A stretch of DNA of 28,634 nt. Origin: Candidatus Eiseniibacteriota bacterium (lineage in GTDB: Bacteria > Joyebacterota > Joyebacteria > Joyebacterales > Joyebacteraceae). The position numbers were made by a program, and so were the translations under genes. Position 1 is the first letter of the stretch. The number at the start of each line of letters is the position of its first letter. Shown piece by piece: positions 9,393 through 17,891 of this stretch. Location of the stretch: contig JBDRFG010000043.1 of assembly GCA_043819135.1 (NCBI GenBank), positions 1 to 28,634 of the forward strand. The letters run 5' to 3'. The notes below the pieces were generated by a model. The model ran no database searches. It was not told the DNA's origin and saw only the letters and a list, made by a program, of their open reading frames with translations.

Positions 9393-10640
9393 ATGACGAA
9401 GAAGAAGGGAAGCGAGACGAAGAAGTCCTCGGTGCAGAAGACGACCCGGAACTCGCGGGACGCGGGTGGGATGAAGCTTCAGTTCGATTTCGAGCCGGAC
9501 CTGAGCGCGATGATCAAAGTAGTGGGTGTCGGAGGCGCCGGAGGGAACGCCATCAACCGGATGATAGAGTCCGGATTCAGCGGCGTGGACTTCGTTGCGA
9601 TAAACACCGACGCTCAGTCGCTCGGGTGTTCGCTTGCGCAGAACCAGGTCCAGATCGGGACCAAGCTGACGCACGGGCTCGGCTCCGGAGGTAACCCGGA
9701 GGTCGGTCGCAAGGCGGCCGAGGAAGACGCGGAGAAGATCGCCGACGTCATCAGGGGCGCCGACATGGTCTTCGTCGCGGCCGGCATGGGCGGCGGCACC
9801 GGCACGGGCGCCGGCCCGACCGTTGCGAAGATGGCCAGGCAGATGGGTGCGCTGGTAGTCGCCGTTGCGACGAAACCCTTCATGTTCGAGGGGCAGTACC
9901 GCATGCGACAGGCCGTCGAGGGACTCCGCCTGCTCAAGCAGGAGGTCGACACGGCCATCGTCATTCCCAATCAGCGTCTGCTTGCGGTCGCGAGCAAGAA
10001 CACGCCGATCCGCGAGGCCTTCCGCATCGCCGATGACGTGCTCCTGAGAGCGACGCGGGGCGTCTCCGACCTCATCACGGTTCCCGGACTCGTCAATCTG
10101 GACTTCGCGGACGTGAAGTCCGTGATGACGGAGATGGGCGACGCGGTGATGGGTACGGGCATCTCCAGCGGGAAGAACAGGGCGGTGGAGGCAGCGCAGC
10201 AGGCCATCTCCAGCCCGCTTCTCGAGGACGCCAGTATCGCCGGGGCGGGCGGCGTGCTCGTCAACGTCACGGGCGGCCCCGATCTCACGCTTCATGAGAT
10301 CAACGAGGCCGCCATGATCATCAACGACGCCATCGGCGTAGAGACGAACATGATCTTCGGCGCCGTCGTCGACGATGAGCTCAAGGACCGGGTGATGATC
10401 ACGGTCATCGCGACGGGCATACGTGGAGTCAAACAGAAGGTGGAGCGGGAGCGGCCCGGGGAGAAGAAGCCTGAGCCCGCCAGGCTGACACCGCGTCAGT
10501 CCGTCAACAGGGTGGTCGAGCGCCCGCGCCAGGAGCCGCCGCGGCCCGCGGAGGGCGGCGGGATGTACGCGAAGGAGCCACGCAAGAGCTCCCGACGAGA
10601 ACTGGAGATACCGACATTCCTGCGCAGACAGATGGACTAG
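9393..10640 (+). CDS. ftsZ: Cell division protein FtsZ
   Basis: IKVVGVGGAGGNA, NTDAQ, GMGGGTGTG, NLDFADV, C-terminal core IPTFLRRQMD. ATG 9393 follows AGGAGAGG; the alternative is ATG 9471. Confidence 0.98.
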   Translation: MTKKKGSETKKSSVQKTTRNSRDAGGMKLQFDFEPDLSAMIKVVGVGGAGGNAINRMIESGFSGVDFVAINTDAQSLGCSLAQNQVQIGTKLTHGLGSGGNPEVGRKAAEEDAEKIADVIRGADMVFVAAGMGGGTGTGAGPTVAKMARQMGALVVAVATKPFMFEGQYRMRQAVEGLRLLKQEVDTAIVIPNQRLLAVASKNTPIREAFRIADDVLLRATRGVSDLITVPGLVNLDFADVKSVMTEMGDAVMGTGISSGKNRAVEAAQQAISSPLLEDASIAGAGGVLVNVTGGPDLTLHEINEAAMIINDAIGVETNMIFGAVVDDELKDRVMITVIATGIRGVKQKVERERPGEKKPEPARLTPRQSVNRVVERPRQEPPRPAEGGGMYAKEPRKSSRRELEIPTFLRRQMD

Positions 10641-10691
10641 CGCCGAGCGGACCGGCTCGAGAGGGGTCGCTCCGAGTGGAAGGAGGTGCCC

Positions 10692-12353
10692 ATGTCTCTG
10701 TTCACCAAGCTCTTCGGACTGGGCGAAAACGACGAGTACAACGAGGGAATAGAGCACTACAACCGCGGTGACTACGACAAGGCCGTCGTGAAGTTCGAGG
10801 CGGTCATCGCGACCATCAAAGACAAGTCGGACCCGTACTACCAGCTCGGGCTCTTCTATGCCGCGGAGACGCACGCTCACTTAGGGTTTTCGTTCTACAA
10901 GCGGGGTGATCTCGACCGGGCGGAGGAGCAGTTCGTGAAAGCGGTGGAGGAGAACACCCGCTACCCGGATCTGCACTACCACCTTGGTGCCATCTATGAG
11001 AAGAAGGGACTTCACGACAAGGCGATCGAGTGCCTGACCAAGGCCGTCGAGATCAATCCCGAGTACATGGAAGCCTACTGCCAGCTCGCGATCGCGCTGT
11101 CAGAGGCCGGTCGCTCCGACGAGGCCACCAAGGCGTTCGAGAAGGCGACGAGGTTCGGTCTGTCTCTCCCCATGCCCGACACGATGCATCTGTCGGAGGT
11201 CTGCGAGAAGGTCCTCCAGGCCCCGTACAAGGAGCTGTTGGGGGCGACGGTGGCCAGGGAGGAGTTCCGGACCCTGATCAACGATTCCATCAGCGCGTAC
11301 AACACCGGTCGGACGGACGAGGCGATCAGAGGATTCGAGGAGGCCGTGCGGCTCAAGCCTCACTACCCGGACATCCGGTGCAGGCTGGCCATCGCGTACG
11401 GGGAGGCAGAGCGGTTCGAGGACGCGATCGGGCAGTTGCAGGAGGCTCTCGATATCAATCCGAGCTACATTGATGCGTTCTTCTATCACGGCATCTACAG
11501 CCTGAAACTCGGGAAGTACAGGGAGGCGTGTGAGAGCCTCAAGCGCGGCGTCGAGATAAGGCCGGACTACTGGGACCTGAGGTGCTACCTGGGCATCGCG
11601 TACTTCAAGCGCGGGATGTTTGACGAGTCGAGCGCGGAGCTGGTTCAGGTCGCGAAGTCGTGCCCGAGCTATGCGCTTGCGCACTACTACCTGGGCATGA
11701 CGGATCTCTCGCGGGGACGTACCGACGAGGCCGTGCGGTCGTTCAAGGTGGCCTTCGAGGACCTGCGGTTCTGGGCCGAGATGCCCGGCGAATCCGCGGA
11801 CATCATGCTGGAGAGCGGCGACTACGATGCCGCCATCGAACGCTACACGGTGGCTCTCGCGCAGAACCCCTCCTACGCGGACCTGCACTGCGGCCTGGGC
11901 CTCGCCTACATCGCCAGGTCCAGATTCGAGGAGGCCGAACGCGAGCTCGAGGAGGCGGTCAGCATCAACCCGGGCTACACCGAGGCCCACGCGCACCTGG
12001 GCAGGGTCAAGGCCTGTCTCGACAAGGAGGACGAGGCGATAGAGCATCTGGAGAAGGCGCTCAGCCTCAAGCCCGGATACGCCGATCTGCATCGCGCGCT
12101 GGCCGACCGCTACATCGCAAGCGAGCGCTACAACGAGGCCATCTCCGAGCTGGAGAAGGCCGTGGAGATAAACGCGAACTACATCGAGGCCCGTCTGACA
12201 CTGGGGCTCACGTACCGTCGCGTCGGCAGAAGCGAAGAGGCAGACTCGCAGCTTCGGGAGGTCCTTGATCTCGACCCGCGCAATCCCATCGCCAAGGCTC
12301 AGCTCTCTGACTGGACTCCCAGTCACCGTGAGCTACGGAAGATGCACGCCTGA
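10692..12353 (+). CDS. Tetratricopeptide-repeat protein (about 13-14 TPR-like units), no signal peptide
   Basis: 34-aa periodicity of A..(I/L)NP.Y.D/E....LG..Y; AGGAGGT RBS at 10681-10687 favours ATG 10692. Confidence 0.9.
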   Translation: MSLFTKLFGLGENDEYNEGIEHYNRGDYDKAVVKFEAVIATIKDKSDPYYQLGLFYAAETHAHLGFSFYKRGDLDRAEEQFVKAVEENTRYPDLHYHLGAIYEKKGLHDKAIECLTKAVEINPEYMEAYCQLAIALSEAGRSDEATKAFEKATRFGLSLPMPDTMHLSEVCEKVLQAPYKELLGATVAREEFRTLINDSISAYNTGRTDEAIRGFEEAVRLKPHYPDIRCRLAIAYGEAERFEDAIGQLQEALDINPSYIDAFFYHGIYSLKLGKYREACESLKRGVEIRPDYWDLRCYLGIAYFKRGMFDESSAELVQVAKSCPSYALAHYYLGMTDLSRGRTDEAVRSFKVAFEDLRFWAEMPGESADIMLESGDYDAAIERYTVALAQNPSYADLHCGLGLAYIARSRFEEAERELEEAVSINPGYTEAHAHLGRVKACLDKEDEAIEHLEKALSLKPGYADLHRALADRYIASERYNEAISELEKAVEINANYIEARLTLGLTYRRVGRSEEADSQLREVLDLDPRNPIAKAQLSDWTPSHRELRKMHA

Positions 12354-14023
12354 TGCGGCGGCGCGGTCGCGGGGTCAGCGACGGCCACGGTAGGCCCGAA
12401 CACGGCGAAACGTGGCTGTCCGAGCGGCCCACTCGATCGCACCGCCGTCCCGGCGGCCTCTCCGTCGCCCTGTGCTACCCCTCCTCCTACTCGCTCGGCA
12501 TGAGCAACCTCGGCTTCCAGTCCGTTCTCGGGCTCCTTCTCTCGGAGCCCGACGTCGTTTGCGAAAGGGCGTTCCGCGAGCCCGACCTCCCCGATGCCGG
12601 GAGGTCCCTCGAGACCGGGACCCCGCTCTCCGAGTTCGACGTAGTCGCATTCTCGGTCTCGTTCGAGGACGATCTTCTCAACCTCGTCGCCATGCTCGAC
12701 GCGGGGGGGATCCCGCTTCGAGCATCGGAGCGTGGAGACACCGACCCGCTCGTGGTCATGGGTGGCGTGTGCGCCTATCTGAACCCGGAGCCCGTCGCGC
12801 CCTTCATGGACGCGGTGCTCGTGGGGGAGGCGGAGGCTCTGGTCGGCCCGTTCGTCGCGAACATCCGCGCGTCGCATTCGCGCCCGCGAGCCGAGCGTCT
12901 GCGCGAGCTCGCGGGCGTCAAGGGAGCGTACGTTCCCTCGCTCTACGAGGTGGAGCGGGACGAGGCCGGGCGCATCGCGGGATTCCGAGCCGAGGGGGAT
13001 GTCCCGCTGCCTGTCCGGACGGCCACCGGCTCGTCCCGGATGGCAGCGAGCGTCGTCCTTTCGGACGGCGCCTTCCTAAGCGACATGCTCATGCTCGAGG
13101 TCTCGCGGGGATGCGCCCGCGGGTGTCGCTTCTGCGCGGCGGGGAGCGTTCTGACCCCGCGCGTGTGGTATCCAGCCACGGACGTGCTCGGCGCGATGGA
13201 GGGCGCCCTGGATTCGACAACGCGGGTGGGGCTCGTCACCGCGGCGCTTCTGGACCATCCCGAGGCCGGGGAGATCCTGGAGGGGGCGCTGCGCATGGGA
13301 GTCGAGGTCAACATCAGCTCGCTTCGAGCCGACGCCGTCACTCCGGAAGTCGCGCGGCTCCTCAGTGCCTGCGGCGTCAGGACAGTGACCGTGGCCCCCG
13401 AGACCGGCTCGGAAGACCTGAGGAGGGTCATCGGCAAGCCCGTTTCGGACGCCGCGCTCCTGTCGGCCGCCCGCGCCATGGCCGAGGGAGGGATACGGGC
13501 GCTCAAGCTCTATTTCATGATCGGAGTCCCCGGAGAGCGCGACGAGGACGTCGAGGCCATCCCGGAGCTGGCCAGAGCGATCCGGTCGTGCTTCGTCGAG
13601 GGTCGCCCGGACGCGAGGGTCGGCGTCAGCGTCTCGGCGTTTGTTCCGAAGCCGAGAACGGCATTCCAGTGGCTGCCCATGGCGGACGAGGCCCGTCTGC
13701 GCGCCGGCATGTCGTATCTTCGGAAGGCGTTCGCCGGCAGGCCTCGAATGGAGTTCTCGGGCACGGGCGCCCGGGAGGCCAGGAGGGAGGGCGTGCTCGC
13801 GCGCGGAGGACGCGAGCTGTCCGAGGCCATCCGGCTCGCCGCTATCGAGCGGGTTCCCTGGAAGGCTGCGCTCAGAAGGAGCGGCGTCGACGCGGACGCC
13901 GTGCTTAAGAGAGAGCGCGTGGACGGCGAGGTCTTCCCCTGGGAGGTGGTGGAGGTGGGTCCGCCCAGGGAGACGCTTCAGAGGTCTCTCACGGCCGCCA
14001 GACGGCTTCTTGCAGGGCGGTGA
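12353..14023 (+). CDS. Radical SAM protein with N-terminal B12-binding-like domain (resembles the uncharacterised TIGR03960-like group)
   Basis: CARGCRFC (CxxxCxxC) at 13112-13135, YP.SY.LGMSNLG, FDVVAFS, GG...NPEP..PF.D....GE.E, APETGSE.LR..I.K, KLYFMIG.PGE, FVPKP.T.FQW, FPWE. The ATG overlaps the TPR stop (TGATG). Confidence 0.9.
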   Translation: MRRRGRGVSDGHGRPEHGETWLSERPTRSHRRPGGLSVALCYPSSYSLGMSNLGFQSVLGLLLSEPDVVCERAFREPDLPDAGRSLETGTPLSEFDVVAFSVSFEDDLLNLVAMLDAGGIPLRASERGDTDPLVVMGGVCAYLNPEPVAPFMDAVLVGEAEALVGPFVANIRASHSRPRAERLRELAGVKGAYVPSLYEVERDEAGRIAGFRAEGDVPLPVRTATGSSRMAASVVLSDGAFLSDMLMLEVSRGCARGCRFCAAGSVLTPRVWYPATDVLGAMEGALDSTTRVGLVTAALLDHPEAGEILEGALRMGVEVNISSLRADAVTPEVARLLSACGVRTVTVAPETGSEDLRRVIGKPVSDAALLSAARAMAEGGIRALKLYFMIGVPGERDEDVEAIPELARAIRSCFVEGRPDARVGVSVSAFVPKPRTAFQWLPMADEARLRAGMSYLRKAFAGRPRMEFSGTGAREARREGVLARGGRELSEAIRLAAIERVPWKAALRRSGVDADAVLKRERVDGEVFPWEVVEVGPPRETLQRSLTAARRLLAGR

Positions 14024-14050
14024 GAGCCTGGAAGCGCGTTCCGGGAGTAA

Positions 14051-14079
14051 GGCCGCCGGGGCCTCTCGTTCCGGCGGTT
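14051..14079 (+). terminator. GC-rich hairpin after the radical SAM gene; possible intrinsic terminator
   Basis: GGCCGCCGGGGC-ctctc-GTTCCGGCGGTT gives a 12-bp stem including G-U pairs, but the U-tract is weak. Confidence 0.45.
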
Positions 14080-14081
14080 CA

Positions 14082-14110
14082 TTGACATAACAGCGAAAAT
14101 GTGATATCGT
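14082..14110 (+). promoter_or_regulatory. Sigma70-type promoter for the C25 protease gene
   Basis: TTGACA (14082-87), 17-nt spacer, TATCGT (14105-10), with an extended -10 TG, in an AT-rich island. Confidence 0.7.
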
Positions 14111-14163
14111 AGAGTCGCTTGGATGAGTCGCGTGGTGTCCCCACACAGAGAGGGAGTCTGATC

Positions 14164-17100
14164 ATGAGACTGGCGCGTTCGCTGGTCGTTCTTGCCGTTG
14201 TACTGATGTCGGCGCAGGTCGCCTGTGCCGCCGAGGACTGGATCTCGCTGGACGGTCTTTCCGAGGGAGCGGCCGCGGTGTCCGTGGTCGAGTCGGACAT
14301 GAACCGGCTTGTTCTCAGTGTCAATGTGCCCGGTCTTCTCGCCGAGGAGATCGTGACCAGCGGCGGCACGTTCACGCGACTGACGCTCGACGGCGCCGGA
14401 CCGACGGCGGTAGTAGGAGAAGCGCTCCTGCCCGTCGTACGCGAGTTCGTCGAGATCCCATACGGCGCGCACCCCGTTCTCACCGTTACCTACTCCGACT
14501 ATCGCAGGACCAGTCTGTCCGCGCTGGGCGTCCGGCACGCTCTGATCCCCGTACAGGCTCCCGTCGAGAAGATCCCGGGGGCCCTTGAGTCGGCCCCGTT
14601 CGAGCTCTCCGACAGCTTCTACGCGCGGGACAGCTTCGGGCACGTCCAGGCGGCGAGTCTTGGAGAGGTTCAGACGATGCGCGGACACCGCTTCGTCCAG
14701 CTGGAAGTCAATCCCGTGCGGTACAACCCGGTTCGGGGAGCAGTGGAGTACGCGACCAGCATCGAGGTCACGGTCGAGTTCCTCGGAGCCGACCTCGCGG
14801 AGACCAGGCGCGTTCTGGACCGGTACTCCAACGGTCTTTTCGCGCAGGTCGCGGCGGACATGTTCGTCAACCACGCCGCGTTCGCGTCCAGGTTCGACAT
14901 CCCTCTGCCCATAGGCTACCTCATCGTTGCCTACGACAGCTTCACGGACGAGATCGCGCCTCTGGCGGCGTGGAAGGAGCAGAAGGGCTACCACACGACA
15001 GTCGTGAGCGCGTCGGACGTCCCCGGCGGCAACACCAAGGAGAACATCAAGGCCTACATACAGGACGCCTACGACAACTGGGCCGTCCCTCCGACGTTCG
15101 TGCTCCTCGTGGGCGACACGCCGCAGATAAGCCACTGGGTGGGAACCCAGACGAACAACCCGTCGACCGATCTCTACTACGTGACCATGGACGGGTCGAG
15201 CGACTGGCAGCCGGACATCTGGATCGGGCGCTTCTCGTGCACGACCGGCACGCAGGTGACCAACCTGGTCAGCAAGACGGTCGATTACGAGCGCTGGAGT
15301 CTCACGAGCGGCACCTCGTGGGCCAGGAAGGCCGTGTTCATGGCGTCCGAGGACAACTACGCGTTCACCGAGGGAACTCACGACTACGTAGTCGGCACCT
15401 ACCTGAACCCCGCCGGCTACACGTCGCAGAAGTTGTATTCTCACACCTACAGCGCGACTACTTCGGAGGTCAGCGCTGCGTTCAACGACGGCCGCTCGCT
15501 GGGCATCTACTCCGGTCACGGGGACGTCACATACTGGGCGGACGGTCCGGTGTTCACCGCGAGCAACGTCAACGCCCTGACCAACACCGACATGCTCCCG
15601 CTCGTGCACAGCTACTCCTGCCTGACGGGCCAGTTCAGCTCGTCGTGTTTCGCTGAGACCTGGACCAACGCGACGGACAAGGGCGCGGTCGTGTTCTGGG
15701 GGTCGTCGGTGACGTCTTACTGGTACGAGGACGACTACCTGGAGAGGGGGGCGTTCAAGGCCTGCTTCGACGAGGGCTACACATGGGCATGCGGCATCAG
15801 TCACAGGGCGCTCTACTGGGTCTACGACCAGTACAGCGGCGGCGGTTCGACCCGGCGCTACTACGAGATGTACAACGTCCTCGGCGACCCGTCGCTCGAC
15901 ATCTGGACCGACGTGCCGAGCGCGATCATCGCGAGCTACGCGGGCACGGTCCCCGTCGGTTCCACGTCGTTCGACATAACAGTGACGAGCGGCGGAAGCC
16001 CGGTAGACAAGGCGCTCGTCTGCGTGGCGAAGGTCGACGACGGCGTCTACGAGGCCGCCTACACCAACGCCTCGGGTGTGGCGTCTATCGCCCTTAGTCC
16101 CACCCCGACGACGCCCGGCACCATGGGCGTGACGGTCACGAGGCACGACCACTACCCGCACGAGGGCTCAACGACGGTATCGTTCTCGGACAGCCCGTAC
16201 ATCATGTATGAAAGCCACGTCATCGACGACGACACGTCAGGCGACAGCGTCGGCGACGGAGACGGCGTGGCGGACGCCGGGGAGTACGTGGAGCTTCCGA
16301 TGACTCTCGAGAACATCGGCAACCAGCCCGGCAACGGCATCTCCGCCACGATCTCGGAGAGCGACCCGGACGTTCTCGTCTCAGACAGCTACGAGGACTA
16401 CGGCAGCATCGCCGTGGGCGCGACGGCTCAGTGCTACGAGGACTACGACATCTACATCGCAGGTAGCTGCCCCGACGGGCACGTCATACAGCTTCAGGTA
16501 GAGGCGACCGACGGCGACAGCACGTGGACCAGCTTCTGCTCCATTCCGGTGTCGGCGCCGGTCGTCAGCATCTACGACTACGACGTCGACGACTCCCCGG
16601 GTGGCGGGAACGGGAACGGCTGCATTGAGGCGGGAGAGACCATCACGCTGTCGGTGACCTTCCAGAACACAGGGGGAGACGACGCGACGGATGCCTCGGT
16701 GGTGATGACGACCGCCGACCCGTACATCAGCATCACGTCCGGCAACGCCGGACCCTCTTCGATCCCGTCCGGAGGCACGGGCACGCCGGGACCGTCGTTC
16801 GAGTTCGAGATATCCCCGACCGCGCCCAGCTTCCACGAGTTCACGCTGGAGTTCGGGATCTCGACCCCTGCCGGCTACGTCGCCGGCGACGACATCGCGC
16901 TGCTCGTGGGCGCGGCGACGCTCGAGGAGGACTTCGAGGGCTCGGGGTCCGACTGGTCTCACTACAACGTGACCGGCGGGTTCGTGGACGAGTGGCACGT
17001 CGAGACGTACCGGTGGCATTCTGCCGGCACAAGCTGGAAGTGTGGAGGTTCGGGCTCGGGCGTCTACGCGAACGGCTCCGACGGCGTTCTCGAGACCCCG

Positions 17101-17766
17101 AGCGTGTGTGTGGGGGCCGAGGGCGAGATGTCGTTCTGGAGCTGGCTTGCCGCCGAGGAACAGAGCTCGACGTTGGCGTGGGACTGCGCCCTCGTAGAGA
17201 TCTCGATCGACGGCGGCGCGTGGAGCAACCTTGCCCCCGCGGGCGGCTACAGCCACGCGAAGAACGACAACGCCTCAAACCCACTCCCCAATGGCACGCC
17301 CTGCTGGTCGGGCACGTTCGACTGGCGCGAGGAGGCATTCGACCTGACTCCCTACGAGGGCCGGCGCGTCGCGTTCAGGTTCAGGTTCGTCTCCGATGGG
17401 TCTGTTACCGAGGAAGGGTGGTACATAGACGACGTCTCGGTGACCAGCACGGGCACGGGCGTGGACGACTCCGACACCATCGTTCCCGGGGAGTTCGCGC
17501 TCCGGCAGAACGCTCCCAATCCGTTCAATCCCGTGACGACCATTGCCTACTCGCTTCCCGAGGCGGCCCACGTGAGCATCCGCGTCTACAGCGTCGCGGG
17601 TAAGCTCGTGGCGACACTCCGCGACGGGGAAGAGGGGGCCGGGCGGAGGTCGGTCGTCTGGGACGGCACGAACGACCGCGGCCAGAGCGTCGGCAGCGGC
17701 GTCTACTTCTGCTCGATGACGGCAGGGGAGTTCAACGACAGTACGATGATGGTCCTTCTGAAGTAG
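14164..17766 (+). CDS. Secreted gingipain-like C25 cysteine peptidase: signal peptide, propeptide, catalytic domain, Ig-like repeats, MAM/adhesin-like beta-sandwich, FlgD-Ig/T9SS-type C-terminal domain
   Basis: Signal peptide MRLARSLVVLAVVLMSAQVACA; LLVGD, DLYY...DG, PDIWIGRF, SGHG (His 15517-19), YSCLTG (Cys 15619-21), YNVLGDPSL; FRF.SD...GWYIDDV; QN.PNPFNP.T.I.Y.L...WDG.N..G..V.SGVYF. Confidence 0.9.
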   Translation: MRLARSLVVLAVVLMSAQVACAAEDWISLDGLSEGAAAVSVVESDMNRLVLSVNVPGLLAEEIVTSGGTFTRLTLDGAGPTAVVGEALLPVVREFVEIPYGAHPVLTVTYSDYRRTSLSALGVRHALIPVQAPVEKIPGALESAPFELSDSFYARDSFGHVQAASLGEVQTMRGHRFVQLEVNPVRYNPVRGAVEYATSIEVTVEFLGADLAETRRVLDRYSNGLFAQVAADMFVNHAAFASRFDIPLPIGYLIVAYDSFTDEIAPLAAWKEQKGYHTTVVSASDVPGGNTKENIKAYIQDAYDNWAVPPTFVLLVGDTPQISHWVGTQTNNPSTDLYYVTMDGSSDWQPDIWIGRFSCTTGTQVTNLVSKTVDYERWSLTSGTSWARKAVFMASEDNYAFTEGTHDYVVGTYLNPAGYTSQKLYSHTYSATTSEVSAAFNDGRSLGIYSGHGDVTYWADGPVFTASNVNALTNTDMLPLVHSYSCLTGQFSSSCFAETWTNATDKGAVVFWGSSVTSYWYEDDYLERGAFKACFDEGYTWACGISHRALYWVYDQYSGGGSTRRYYEMYNVLGDPSLDIWTDVPSAIIASYAGTVPVGSTSFDITVTSGGSPVDKALVCVAKVDDGVYEAAYTNASGVASIALSPTPTTPGTMGVTVTRHDHYPHEGSTTVSFSDSPYIMYESHVIDDDTSGDSVGDGDGVADAGEYVELPMTLENIGNQPGNGISATISESDPDVLVSDSYEDYGSIAVGATAQCYEDYDIYIAGSCPDGHVIQLQVEATDGDSTWTSFCSIPVSAPVVSIYDYDVDDSPGGGNGNGCIEAGETITLSVTFQNTGGDDATDASVVMTTADPYISITSGNAGPSSIPSGGTGTPGPSFEFEISPTAPSFHEFTLEFGISTPAGYVAGDDIALLVGAATLEEDFEGSGSDWSHYNVTGGFVDEWHVETYRWHSAGTSWKCGGSGSGVYANGSDGVLETPSVCVGAEGEMSFWSWLAAEEQSSTLAWDCALVEISIDGGAWSNLAPAGGYSHAKNDNASNPLPNGTPCWSGTFDWREEAFDLTPYEGRRVAFRFRFVSDGSVTEEGWYIDDVSVTSTGTGVDDSDTIVPGEFALRQNAPNPFNPVTTIAYSLPEAAHVSIRVYSVAGKLVATLRDGEEGAGRRSVVWDGTNDRGQSVGSGVYFCSMTAGEFNDSTMMVLLK

Positions 17767-17784
17767 GGGGGCCGCTCGCAGGGT

Positions 17785-17844
17785 AAGAGAGAGGCGGACG
17801 TTGGCCGGGACCTCATGGGACCGGCTCTCGTCCGCCTCTTCTTT
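17785..17844. terminator. Probable bidirectional terminator between the convergent protease and kinase genes
   Basis: AGAGGCGGACG (17790-800) pairs with CGTCCGCCTCT (17829-39), with an inner GCCGG/CCGGC stem; TCTTT follows on + and TCTT on -. Confidence 0.7.
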
Positions 17845-17891
17845 GGCGTCGCCCGCGCGCGGTCATCTCGGCTCGTGCCGTTCGGGCTCTG

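Noticed and set aside
10645..10672. Weak hairpin after ftsZ as a terminator
   Set aside because: Short bulged stem with no U-tract, directly followed by an RBS.
56..16161. Long antisense/alternate-frame ORFs (e.g. 56-1579, 4548-5795, 9375-10880, 11100-12326, 13978-16161)
   Set aside because: They overlap well-identified genes and are Arg/Pro/Gly-rich with no motifs; typical high-GC shadow ORFs.
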